Of a stretch of DNA of 64,000 bases, positions 30,541-40,134 are shown in pieces; within the stretch, counting starts at the first letter, position 1, and each line of letters begins with the position of its first letter. Position numbers and translations under genes: made by a program. The DNA comes from an uncultured delta proteobacterium (lineage in GTDB: Bacteria > Desulfobacterota > Binatia > UBA9968). The stretch lies in the NCBI GenBank assembly GCA_963755715.1, contig CAVWLW010000032.1, positions 105,991 through 169,990 of the forward strand. The letters run 5' to 3'. The notes beneath the pieces were generated by a model. That model did not search any database and was not told the origin of the DNA. It saw only the letters and a program-made list of their open reading frames with translations.

Positions 30541-31635
30541 TTACTTGTTTGCCTCTTCGATATACTTGCGGAGAAAATTAACCACCTCGGGCGATGTCTG
30601 CGAGGCGCGCTGGAACAAGCGCTCGCCGGCTTCGCCGACTTCGAAGCGCGGTTGAAAGCGCATCGCAGTGATCGCTTCTTGCAAGAAATCCTGATCGCGT
30701 GACAGCCCGTCGAAGGCTTTGCGCAGAATCGCGATGGTTTCCGGCGGCGCTTTCGGCGGCATTAAAACCATCCGCGTCATGTTGGTGCTCGACATATTCG
30801 CCGCTTTGAGCGCTTCGTATTTGATCCCCGACGGCGGCTTGCCAAAAACTTCTTTGTAATAAAAGGTGAACGGCAGAAGCTCCGGCACGTCGCGGCTGAC
30901 CAAGATTTCGCCGCTCGGCGCAACCAGGTCCGTGTAATAGATCGGCACGACCATGCCGGTCTTGACCATCTGCGGCTCCACTTGGGTGCGGTAACTGGGA
31001 AGAGTTTCATCGTGATATTGCGCTTCGCCGCGCTGCACGGCGAGACGCGCGTCGGAGCTGTTGTTGTAGCCGGTGACGTAATCGTATTTGAGTCCGAGGA
31101 TATCGAACGACAAGCGAAAGCGAACGTCTTTGGAGCTGCTCACGCCGAGACCGGCGGCGCGAAACTTTTGCGCCTTGACGAAATCCGAGGGCTTCTTGAT
31201 GCCCGGTGGAACATCGGCGCGGATGTAAGAGACGGTGACGCCGTGCACGCCGGTGATAAAGCCGAATTTGCCGATATCGACGCGCAGAGCGGGATCTTTA
31301 ATCTGATGCTGAAAAAGCGCGCCGGTGAAATAGGCCGCCGTAAATCCGTCAGCCTTAGCAACCTCGCCGATGTAGTTCACCGCCGTGAGACCACCGCCGC
31401 CGCCCATGGCTTGAACCGTGACCGTGGGGTTTCCTGGAATGTGGCGGGGGAGATGCTTAGCAAAAATCCTACTCTCGATATCTGTCGGGCCGCCGGCGGC
31501 GAAGTTGATGACGACGTTGAGAGTCTTGCCTTGATAGAAGGGACTCTTTTCGGCCGCGTAGGCCGTCGTCCAAAGCGCGGCCAACGATAAATAGTTAAAC
31601 GCAAGAAAGCAACGTCGCCAACGTTTTCCTTTCAT
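30541..31635 (-). CDS. Tripartite tricarboxylate transporter substrate-binding protein (TctC/Bug)
   Basis: FYQGKT..VINFAAGGPTD, HIPGNP, MGGGGG, AVQRGE. Confidence 0.85.
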   Translation of the reverse strand: MKGKRWRRCFLAFNYLSLAALWTTAYAAEKSPFYQGKTLNVVINFAAGGPTDIESRIFAKHLPRHIPGNPTVTVQAMGGGGGLTAVNYIGEVAKADGFTAAYFTGALFQHQIKDPALRVDIGKFGFITGVHGVTVSYIRADVPPGIKKPSDFVKAQKFRAAGLGVSSSKDVRFRLSFDILGLKYDYVTGYNNSSDARLAVQRGEAQYHDETLPSYRTQVEPQMVKTGMVVPIYYTDLVAPSGEILVSRDVPELLPFTFYYKEVFGKPPSGIKYEALKAANMSSTNMTRMVLMPPKAPPETIAILRKAFDGLSRDQDFLQEAITAMRFQPRFEVGEAGERLFQRASQTSPEVVNFLRKYIEEANK

Positions 31636-31928
31636 TACTTCTCCTTTCGGCTCGATGAGCAACGGCAGGAATCTTACAGAGCTGATTTTTAGGTCGACGT
31701 CAGTTAATCCGCTTCGCTTTCCAAAAACAAACTTTTGTCTCGCCGCTGTTCATACTCCATCCGCCACCTCTTTGTCCAATCGGGTTTTTATAAATTTTAC
31801 TGGCCACGCGATTGTCGTGATGCACTAGTTTGCCTGGTCTCTAATTGAACAGACCAAAGCCAGCGATCGGCTTGAAGCGGCACGATTGGGAACGAAGCCC
31901 GCTGCGAGATGGTAGAATAACTGGCAAA

Positions 31929-32036
31929 GCGAAGATCGATGTTGATGTGGGAACGTATGAAGTAAACGTCGACGGTCAATTATTAGAAAGCGCACCGGCG
32001 CACGTGCTGCCGCTAGCGCAATGCTATTTCTTGTAC
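31929..32036 (+). pseudogene. ureC: C-terminal stub of the urease alpha subunit
   Basis: [36 protein letters not shown] matches the conserved UreC C-terminus (IEVDPETYEV..DG..L...PA..LP.AQRYFLF). Confidence 0.8.
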
Positions 32037-32042
32037 GCAAGC

Positions 32043-33056
32043 CTACAAGCCGAAGATTTGTCGAAACTCGCGGGCGTAGTCGTCGAAATGAAGGTAGACG
32101 TCTTTAGGAACGGCCTTTAGCTTTAGTTTGGTTTGATCCATTTTGGGCGCCAGGGGCTCGATGTCGCTGCGCGCGGGAATGCGGCGCATGCCGCGCACCA
32201 TCTGCTGGCCTTTTTTCGACGTGGCGAAGTCGATCAGCAGTTTGGCGGAATTTGGATTGGCGGCCTTTGCGCTCAAGCCTATGCCGCTCACGGTGGCGAC
32301 GATGGGATCGAAGGTTTCGACCCAGTCTACGGGCGCTCCTTCGCTTTTCATGCGCTCGGCGCGAAAGTTATAGGCCCAAGCCAGCGGCACCTCGCCGGCG
32401 CCGAGCAGTTGCGCCGTCAGGCCGTGACCGCGCCGCCACAACGGGTTCTGCGCCGCTAAACGTCTCATGTACTGAACGGTTTTTTCTTTGCCCCAGACCG
32501 TCGCCAACGTGCCGAACCAGTCGTAGTCCGTGGAGTCCATCAACATCTTGTCCTTCCACTTCGGGTCGAGCAGGTCCGGATAATTTTTCGGCGCGTCTTT
32601 GGCGCCAATCATTTTGGTGTTGTAGCAGAGCACCAGATTATTGACGAAGATGCCGGTCCAGTAGCCTTGCGGATCTTTGAACTCGCTGAGAAAAGCGTCT
32701 CTTTCCGGAGTCAGATAAGGCGCGACCATATGCCGGTCCGCCACCACCGACATGGCGGCGGTGGAAATCGCGTCGAACAACCAACGGCCGGCGCGGGTTT
32801 CGCTCAAGACCCGATTCATCAACTGCTCTTCGCCGGCGCGCACGAGCTCGGCTTTGATGAACGGGTAGTCCTTCTGAAAGGCGTCGAGCAACGGCTTCGA
32901 CGTGTCGATCGCCATCGAAGTGTACCAGACGAGCTTGCCTTCTTTTTTTGCGCCTTCGATTAAAGCGGCATGGGACGGAGTTTGTGCGTTAAGGTTGCCG
33001 GTCAGCAACACACTGATGAGAACCGATGAAACGAGAAAACGGAAATGAGTTTTCAT
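32043..33056 (-). CDS. ABC substrate-binding protein, Fe3+/AfuA-like class
   Basis: [32 protein letters not shown]. Confidence 0.85.
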   Translation of the reverse strand: MKTHFRFLVSSVLISVLLTGNLNAQTPSHAALIEGAKKEGKLVWYTSMAIDTSKPLLDAFQKDYPFIKAELVRAGEEQLMNRVLSETRAGRWLFDAISTAAMSVVADRHMVAPYLTPERDAFLSEFKDPQGYWTGIFVNNLVLCYNTKMIGAKDAPKNYPDLLDPKWKDKMLMDSTDYDWFGTLATVWGKEKTVQYMRRLAAQNPLWRRGHGLTAQLLGAGEVPLAWAYNFRAERMKSEGAPVDWVETFDPIVATVSGIGLSAKAANPNSAKLLIDFATSKKGQQMVRGMRRIPARSDIEPLAPKMDQTKLKLKAVPKDVYLHFDDYAREFRQIFGL

Positions 33057-33142
33057 TCTAGTCCTCGCGATTGCATGCCGGTCGAGGATGGCGAGGAGCG
33101 AAGATCGCGATCATCTATCATCGATCCTCTATCCTCGCGATT

Positions 33143-34264
33143 CTAAGCTCTCGGATAAAGCGCATCCATCATCAATTTCTTATGGTGTCCGGGCGTGCCC
33201 AGATACTGATAAAGCGTATGCGCGAGCACGCTGTGCGCCATCATCGGATGGCTGTAATCGGTTCCCGGTCCGGCCCAGACCATGTGGGCGTAATTCGTCC
33301 CATGATAGTAGCCGTCGCTGGCCGTCGCTTTCGCTTCGTGAGCCCCGGCGCGAGCGTCCAGGCCGCTGTCGATGCGCCAGATCGCTTCGTAAGTCGCCCA
33401 GCGCGCCATATCGAGATTGATCGAAATATCGACGCAGTGATCCTGCACGCGCTGAAAACGGCCGATCGGCTGTCCGAAGACGACGCGGGTGCGCGTGTAC
33501 TCGCAGGTGATGTCGAAGACTTCCTGGGTGGCGCCGACTTGATAGGCGGAGAGGATCGGCAGCGACTTGTCCAGCGCGGCTTCCAGCGTCGCCCAGCTCG
33601 CGCCGCTCGATCCGAGGAAATCCAAAGGCGAAACGGCGACATGATCGAAGCGCACTTCGGCGACGGAGACGAAAAATCCGACGTGCGGCGTGATCGTCAC
33701 GCCGGGACTTTTGGCGTTGACGAGGAGAAACACCACTTTGCCTTCCTCCGTGCGCGCGGCGCAAAGAAAGTTCGTGGCGGCTTCGGCGTCGAAGACGAAG
33801 CGCTTGGTGCCGTTCATCACGTAGCCGCCGGGAGTTTTCGACAGACGCGTCTCGACCGCTTCCGCTCCCCAGTACGCCGCCTTATCGGTGATGGCGGGCA
33901 CGACGATCGACGAGCCATCGCAAATCTTCGGCAGCAACATTCGTCTTTGCTCTTCGGTGCAGGCTTCGAAAATCATCTGCGCACTGAGCACGCCCGAGGT
34001 AAAAAGCGGGCCGGGGACAGGGCCGTGCCCCAGCGCTTCAAACACGACGGCGCAATCCATCGTCGACACGCCGGCGCCGCCGTACTCTTCCGGCAACATC
34101 ATGCCGAGCCAGCCGATCTCGGCAGCTTTCTTGAGCAGCTGCGGCCGGAAGGTCTGCTTGTTTTTGTACCACTGCGTCATCTGATGCGCGGGCACTTCCG
34201 CTTTGACGAAGTCCTCCGCCACTTTTTTAAATTCTTCTTGGGTTTCGGTAAGTGCTAAGTCCAT
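33143..34264 (-). CDS. Acyl-CoA dehydrogenase (probable non-catalytic partner)
   Basis: GWLGMMLPEEYGG, NGTKRFV, RVVFGQPIGRFQRVQ. Confidence 0.88.
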   Translation of the reverse strand: MDLALTETQEEFKKVAEDFVKAEVPAHQMTQWYKNKQTFRPQLLKKAAEIGWLGMMLPEEYGGAGVSTMDCAVVFEALGHGPVPGPLFTSGVLSAQMIFEACTEEQRRMLLPKICDGSSIVVPAITDKAAYWGAEAVETRLSKTPGGYVMNGTKRFVFDAEAATNFLCAARTEEGKVVFLLVNAKSPGVTITPHVGFFVSVAEVRFDHVAVSPLDFLGSSGASWATLEAALDKSLPILSAYQVGATQEVFDITCEYTRTRVVFGQPIGRFQRVQDHCVDISINLDMARWATYEAIWRIDSGLDARAGAHEAKATASDGYYHGTNYAHMVWAGPGTDYSHPMMAHSVLAHTLYQYLGTPGHHKKLMMDALYPRA

Positions 34265-34318
34265 GTGCAACTCCTTTGCGGCAGGCAATAGGCAACAGGC
34301 AATAGTTCGGAGCCTTGC

Positions 34319-35533
34319 TTAGTCTGTTTCTGGCGCTTTTTCCGTCGTCGGGCGGCCGAGGCCGAGGCGACGGGCGAAAATTAGTCTGTCAGTGTCCAGG
34401 GTGCCGCCGCCGTGCAACTGGCCTGGGCCGGTGCGCACAGCGTATTCGAAATCGATCACTTCGTGCACGGACAGGTTTTGTTCGAGAGCATCCGCCCCCA
34501 TGATCGCTTGCAAGCGCTCGCCGTTGCGCAGGCGCAGCATGCGCTGATAGTAGCGCTGCTGCGGGCCGCCGTAGGGATGCGGTTTCTTGGCGAAGCGGCG
34601 CCAGTAAATGAGCTGGTTGAAGCGCCGCAGAGTATTCAACTCGATGGTCATCTCGGCGATCAGGTCGCGCACGCGCGGATCTTCGATGATCGGTTTGCCG
34701 TCGATGTGCGTGCTGCGGCAGTACTCGACGACGCGCTCGATCAGCGGATCCACTGCGATGCGGCCGTCGCCGCCGTGCTCGAGCTCCATGTGGGTGCTGG
34801 CGACTTTCCAGCCGTTGTTCTCGCCGCCAATCAAATACTTCGCCGGCACGCGCACGTTGTCGAAGAACACCGCGTTCTTGATGCCCATCATCAAGTTCAT
34901 GTGCTGGATGGTGACACCGGGAAGATTCGCGGGGATGTGCAGCCAGGCGAGGTTCTCATGGCGCTTGCCTTGCGGATTGGTGCACACCAGCGTCCACAAA
35001 TAATCCGGCGGCAGATGGTGGCCGACCATGACCTTTTGGCCGTTGACGAGGTAGTCATCGCCGTCGCGTAGCGCTTTGGTTTGACAATTCGCAATGTCGC
35101 TGCCGCCGTGCGGCTCGGTGAGCACCTGCCAAACGCAAATCTCCGCTTTTGTGATCGGCGGTAAAAATTCCGCTTTCTGTTCGTCGGTACCCCAGCGGAT
35201 CAACACCGGCGCGACGATGCGCGCCAGAGTGTAGAACACATGGGACAGATTGAGTCCGTACTTGAAGAGCTCGGTGTCGAGCACCACCTGATGATCGACC
35301 GTGAGATCGGCTCCGCCGTACTTTTTAGGAAAAAGCGGAAACAGCCAGCCCTTCTTTCCCAGCTTTTCGGCCAGGCCGCGGCGAAATTTATATTCGTCTG
35401 CGTCCTCGCGCGTCGACCACGACGCCGACCAGCGCAGGTGCTCGTGGCCTTTGAACTCTTCGGCCATCCAAGCGGCGACCTCTTTTCTAAAATCCACTAC
35501 GTGCGGTGGATCGGCGCTAACGTTAAAATCCAT
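34319..35533 (-). CDS. Acyl-CoA dehydrogenase (probable catalytic subunit)
   Basis: TEPHGGSD, VNGQKV, FFDNVRVP, GENNGW, MELEH, GGT. Confidence 0.88.
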   Translation of the reverse strand: MDFNVSADPPHVVDFRKEVAAWMAEEFKGHEHLRWSASWSTREDADEYKFRRGLAEKLGKKGWLFPLFPKKYGGADLTVDHQVVLDTELFKYGLNLSHVFYTLARIVAPVLIRWGTDEQKAEFLPPITKAEICVWQVLTEPHGGSDIANCQTKALRDGDDYLVNGQKVMVGHHLPPDYLWTLVCTNPQGKRHENLAWLHIPANLPGVTIQHMNLMMGIKNAVFFDNVRVPAKYLIGGENNGWKVASTHMELEHGGDGRIAVDPLIERVVEYCRSTHIDGKPIIEDPRVRDLIAEMTIELNTLRRFNQLIYWRRFAKKPHPYGGPQQRYYQRMLRLRNGERLQAIMGADALEQNLSVHEVIDFEYAVRTGPGQLHGGGTLDTDRLIFARRLGLGRPTTEKAPETD

Positions 35534-35626
35534 AGTTCACTCCTTTTCTTTCCCGGTCTAGAGTCTCGGTCTAGGGTCTCGAGTTCTCTTAACCCGAGGC
35601 ACGACACGCTGGACTCGAAACTGAAT

Positions 35627-36808
35627 TCATATCACTCCACTCGCTCTCAATTCTTTCACTGCGTCGATGTCGTAGCCCAAGTTCGCCAAAACTTGTTCCG
35701 TGTGTTCGCCCAAGAGCGGCGCCGCGCGAAAAAATTTCGGCGGTGTGTCCGACAGGTTGATCGGGCTGCCGACCAAATTGCTCATGCCCATCTTCGGATG
35801 GCTGATTTGTTTCGGAATCCCGAGATGTTTGATCTGCGGGTTGTCAAAGACTTCAGCAATCGTGTTGATTGGCGCATTAGGGATTTGGTTGGCATCGAGA
35901 CGAGCCAGCCAATATTCGCGCGCCTTTGTGCGGAACTGAGCGCGCAGCATATTCACGATCTCTTCATGCCGGTCGGTGCGATGTTTGTTCGATGCGAAGC
36001 GCGGATCACCGACCAAACCATCGAGCTCGCCGGCTCTCAAGAAATCTTCCCAAGCTTGGTTATGGGAGGAAAGATGAACCATGAAGGGTTTGCCTTCGCA
36101 ATCGAGCAGGCTGTAAATGCGTCCCTTGGGAAAATTTTCCCGCGATACCGCTTCGCCGCCGTTCAAGTAATCAGCGACGTGGGACTCGATGAAGGCGATC
36201 GCCACTTGCAGCAGCGACACGTCGATGAACTGGCCGCGTTCGGTTTTCGCCCGCGCGAAGAGCGCCGCCATGATGCCGTGTGCGGCGAAAATCCCGGCGG
36301 AATGATCGACGAAAGAGACACCGGCCACTTTGGGATCGTCGAGGTCGGTGACCAGGCTCATCATGCCGCTGAGCGCTTGGCCGATCGTATCGAAGCCCGG
36401 CTTGTCGCGGTAGGGTCCGCTCTGGCCGTAGCCGGAGATCGAGCAGTGAATCAGTTTGGGATTGAGTTTTGAAAGTTCTTCGTAGTCGAGGCCGAGTTTG
36501 GCTCGAGTCGGCGGACGAAAGTTTTCAAGGAAAATATCCGCCGTCGCCAAAAGCTTGCGTAAAATTTCGCCGCCTTTTTTGTGCCGCAGATCGATGGTAA
36601 CGCTTCTTTTATTACGGTTGAGCGCGCGAAAGCTCGGGCCGTAGCCTTCATATTTGGGATTGCGCCCCCGGTGCGTGTCGCCGCCGTTGGGCAATTCGAC
36701 TTTGATTACGTCGCAGCCGAGGTCGCCGAGGAGGCTGCTCGCATAGGGGCCGGCCACGTGGCCGCTGACGTCGATACAAGTATAACCTTCGAGAGCTCCG
36801 GAAATCAT
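35627..36808 (-). CDS. Family III CoA-transferase (CaiB/BaiF)
   Basis: AGPY, LGCDVIKVE, NRNKRS, ENFRP, SGYGQSGPY, catalytic Asp in FVDHSAG. Confidence 0.92.
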   Translation of the reverse strand: MISGALEGYTCIDVSGHVAGPYASSLLGDLGCDVIKVELPNGGDTHRGRNPKYEGYGPSFRALNRNKRSVTIDLRHKKGGEILRKLLATADIFLENFRPPTRAKLGLDYEELSKLNPKLIHCSISGYGQSGPYRDKPGFDTIGQALSGMMSLVTDLDDPKVAGVSFVDHSAGIFAAHGIMAALFARAKTERGQFIDVSLLQVAIAFIESHVADYLNGGEAVSRENFPKGRIYSLLDCEGKPFMVHLSSHNQAWEDFLRAGELDGLVGDPRFASNKHRTDRHEEIVNMLRAQFRTKAREYWLARLDANQIPNAPINTIAEVFDNPQIKHLGIPKQISHPKMGMSNLVGSPINLSDTPPKFFRAAPLLGEHTEQVLANLGYDIDAVKELRASGVI

Positions 36809-36964
36809 GCGCGCTTCAAATCCTCAATACAGGTTTCATTTATCGCAATCAAAAAAGGTTTTCTACAGTTTGGCGAGTTGACCGCCCGAGCTATAAAATT
36901 TGTTGAGCAACTTCGTCATATATGCAACTGTGTCGGCGACTGCTGCCCATTCAGGAGGATTCCC

Positions 36965-37687
36965 ATGCGTTATGAACTATACTATCAACCGTCGATCCAA
37001 GGCCGCGGCGAGTTTGTTCGCCTTTCACTAGAAGATGCCGGCGCGGATTACCTCGACGTCGCGCGCGATCCTAACTTCGGCCGTCCCGGGATCGTGAAAT
37101 TCCTCGAAGACCCGTCTTTGGAACATCCACCGTTTGCCCCGCCGTTTCTCAAAGCCGGCAAGCTGCTGATTTCCCAAACCGCCAACATTCTCCAGTTTCT
37201 CGCGCCGCGGCTCGGTCTCGTGCCGAAAAACGAAGCGAGCCGGCTCTGGGCGCATCAGTTGCAACTGACGATTGCCGATTGGCTGTATGAAGCCGGCCAG
37301 ACACACCATCCGATCGCGAACGTCCTCTACTACGAGCAGCAGACGGACGAGGCCAAAAAGCGCGCCGCGCATTTCATCTCAACGCGCATTCCAAAATTTC
37401 TCGGCTATTTTGAAAGAATCCTCAAACAGAACGCCAAAGACAGGGACTTCGTTTTCGGCAAGAAAGTTTGCTACGTCGATCTCTCGCTGTTCCAGATGAT
37501 CGAAGGGTTGCGTTACGCTTTTCCAAAGACAATGGCGCAACTCGAATCGCAATACCCGAGAATGGTCACTTTGCACGATCGCGTCAGGGCGCGTCCGCGC
37601 ATCGCGGCTTATCTCTCTTCACCGCGGCGGCTGGCGTTCAACGAGCAAGGCATTTTCCGCCACTATCCCGAGTTGGAAGAAGGATGA
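36965..37687 (+). CDS. Glutathione S-transferase
   Basis: LYYQPSIQGRGEFVRL, FAPPFL, SQTANIL, YVDLSLFQ; GGAGG RBS. Confidence 0.9.
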   Translation: MRYELYYQPSIQGRGEFVRLSLEDAGADYLDVARDPNFGRPGIVKFLEDPSLEHPPFAPPFLKAGKLLISQTANILQFLAPRLGLVPKNEASRLWAHQLQLTIADWLYEAGQTHHPIANVLYYEQQTDEAKKRAAHFISTRIPKFLGYFERILKQNAKDRDFVFGKKVCYVDLSLFQMIEGLRYAFPKTMAQLESQYPRMVTLHDRVRARPRIAAYLSSPRRLAFNEQGIFRHYPELEEG

Positions 37688-37807
37688 CGCAAAAGGGAAA
37701 CTGTGGACCGAGCAGGGCTTCCGGAGCTTCGCTCGATGCCGACCTTATCGGCCTGGGTTTAGAATACAGACTCAGTCCAACCCTATGAGCCGGCTGCTAG
37801 CAGAAAC

Positions 37808-37840
37808 AAAAAAGGGACGGCCGGCTGCCCGACCATCCCT
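37808..37840 (-). terminator. Rho-independent terminator of the 37865..38284 gene
   Basis: AGGGATGGTCGGG-CAG-CCGGCCGTCCCT stem followed by a T-run on the minus strand. Confidence 0.65.
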
Positions 37841-37864
37841 CTCGCAACGTGCATGTTTAGGAGA

Positions 37865-38284
37865 TTACTTAGTGGCCGGTTTCTTCTCCGTCACGTCGCC
37901 TTTTTTCTCCGTCGCTTTTTTGGATCCGGCCTTGACCGAGGTGGCGATCATCTTTCCATCCTTCTCGGTGTAGGAAACCCTCACCATATCGCCCACTTTG
38001 ACCTTTTCCAGCGCGTCTTTAGCGCTCTTGGAATCGGCGGCCAGCTTGATCTCTTTGTCATTTCCCTTGACTGCGAATGTGCCCGCCTTCGCGTCCACCG
38101 ACGTGAGCTCACCGGTAATCCGATGGCTCTTCGCCTTCTCGGATTTCGTCTCCGTTTTCTTCTCTGCCGGAGCGGCTGGAGTCGCGGGTGTAGCGGGAGT
38201 AGCCGGTTTCGTCTGCGCGAAGCCGAGAGCGCTGAAACTTAACGTAGTCAAAGCGACAACTAAAATCTTGATCATGTTTTTCAT
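37865..38284 (-). CDS. Small secreted Lys/Ala-rich protein with a probable OB-like domain
   Basis: Signal peptide, (PAT)n linker, ITGELTSVD...VKVGDMVRVSY; AGGAGG RBS. Confidence 0.8.
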   Translation of the reverse strand: MKNMIKILVVALTTLSFSALGFAQTKPATPATPATPAAPAEKKTETKSEKAKSHRITGELTSVDAKAGTFAVKGNDKEIKLAADSKSAKDALEKVKVGDMVRVSYTEKDGKMIATSVKAGSKKATEKKGDVTEKKPATK

Positions 38285-38540
38285 GGTATCACCTCCTTTC
38301 TTTTTGTTAGACTTGGTTGTTAGACGTGATATTTTCAAAATCCCTTCAAATGCTCCTATAGGTAATAAAAATCTCACACGGTAGCTCACTTAGCCAGTTG
38401 TACGCGATATCCGGACATCCGCACCCAGTGAACTTGTGGTGCTCCGATTCCTGGATTCGCACAGCATTATTTAAACATTGTGAGGAAGCGTAGTGCAGAG
38501 TGGTCCTTCAGAAGCGGAGGAATCGCAGCCTAAATTTTTA

Positions 38541-38652
38541 GGCTGCGCAACGCCTTTCCAAAAAAACGACGGCGCGACTCGAACCGCAACACCCGAGGCT
38601 GGCGTTTAAGAGCAAGAAATTTTCCGCCACTATCCTGGGTTGGAAAAGTGAT
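38541..38652 (+). pseudogene. Degraded, internally deleted copy of the GST 3' end
   Basis: Aligns to ~37506-37560 and ~37630-37687; shared ATTTTCCGCCACTATCC at 37652 and 38619. Confidence 0.85.
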
Positions 38653-38782
38653 AGACGCGGAAGAAGAACAAAAAAACGCTGGATCGAGGGGTCGTTCTAA
38701 TCGAAATTAATAAACGCGGTAGGCGGTAGATTGTAAAGGTTGTTATGTCTGATCCTATGAGCCTGCCAGGGTGGTTTGCGGC

Positions 38783-39831
38783 TCAATCGCCGGTGAGATA
38801 CGCGTCGCGGTAGCCCTCTTGGCTCGCCAATGACTGGCGCACCGATTCCGCCTCTTCTCGAGCGTCGAAATGTCCGACCCGGACGCGATAATAGGTTTGT
38901 CCTTTCACCTCGGCCTTGACCACGTAGCTATCATAGCCGCCGGCTTTTAACCGTTCGATCAAAGTATCGGCAACAGCTTTCCCGGGCACAGCGGAAATCT
39001 GCACCGACCATTTTTTGCTCACCTCTTCAGTCGACTGAGAGGTGTGCACGCGTGGCTTTGCTGGAATTGGCGCGGCGCTTCGATTCGCGCGCAACTGGCT
39101 GTCTCGATCGAAGACACGTTCTGCGGTCTCGAATCGATGCCAACCTGTCCCGAGGCTGTAGACTGCGCGAGCGGAACTCGCGGCGGGGATTTTTCGCTCG
39201 CCCCATCCGCTCGCTCTTGAATATTCTTGTTGGTGAATAGGCCAAGATAAAAGATGACGACCGCGGTCGCGGCAAACAACGCCGCCGACACGATGCCCCG
39301 CATCCAATTAAAATAAAAGCGCCGGTGAATTTTCGGGTGCTTTGCACGCTCGCCCCCCGGTAATTCCCGATGATCGGAGTAAGTTTCTAAAGCCTGGCCG
39401 TCAAGGAGCGACTCGCTCGCGATCGAGCCATGGGATGGCGGGAAAGCTTCAGTCAAGGCTGCTTTGGTCTGTAACACGGGCCGGAACCTTGCGATCAACT
39501 CGGCGGCTTTGGCGCCGCGTAATTCCGCCGCGCAAGGTTCAAACGTAAACCCCGTCGGCCGTAAGTGTCCAGACTGAAAGTCGGTTTCGCTTTCGTGGCG
39601 CAGCAAGGCCTCCTGGATGTTCGCCGACTCGCCGATAAAAACTTGGCAATCGAAGTTGAAGAGCCCGTATACACCTGAAGTCGACGGCGCGGTGGCCGAG
39701 ATTGCCTCTCGTGTGAAACTTTCCGAACGGCCCTCCGGCTTCCACGACAAGCTCCAGCGCACCGGCTCTTTCTCAATATCTGCAGCGGGTGACTTCAAGA
39801 TCGGACACCTGAACAAATGTCTTAGATGCAT
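38783..39831 (-). CDS. GIY-YIG-like domain + TM helix + SPOR domain protein (frameshift near 39093)
   Basis: SGVYGLFN..VFIGESANI...AELIARFRP; hydrophobic GIVSAALFAATAVVIFYLGLF; WSVQISA...YYRVRVGHF SPOR motif in the second frame. Confidence 0.7.
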
Positions 39832-40134
39832 TAACAGTTCGACAATGTTGCGACTAGTTTAAACGACTCCGAAGAGTGTGTCACGAAATAATGCTGCCCA
39901 TCGAGGGTCTCTTGCCTGAAAACGATTGCGAATTAGGAACTCAGTGGAAGGGCATGGCAAAAGTGTGCTCAACGAGTTTCAATCTCGCCAGATCATCGTG
40001 CGCGTACATATGAAACGATTTAATGCCCTATCGCTCGGTCGCCAATAAGGTTTGGCCGGCGAGATGCGCGGCGAGCTAGGCAATACTCCCGCCCGACCGT
40101 CAGGCCGTGCTCCAGGCTTTTCTGCCGCTAAAAC

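Noticed and set aside
39955-39970. Sigma-54-like promoter TGGCAAAAGTGTGCT
   Set aside because: The GG-to-GC spacing is one base shorter than the required GG-N10-GC.
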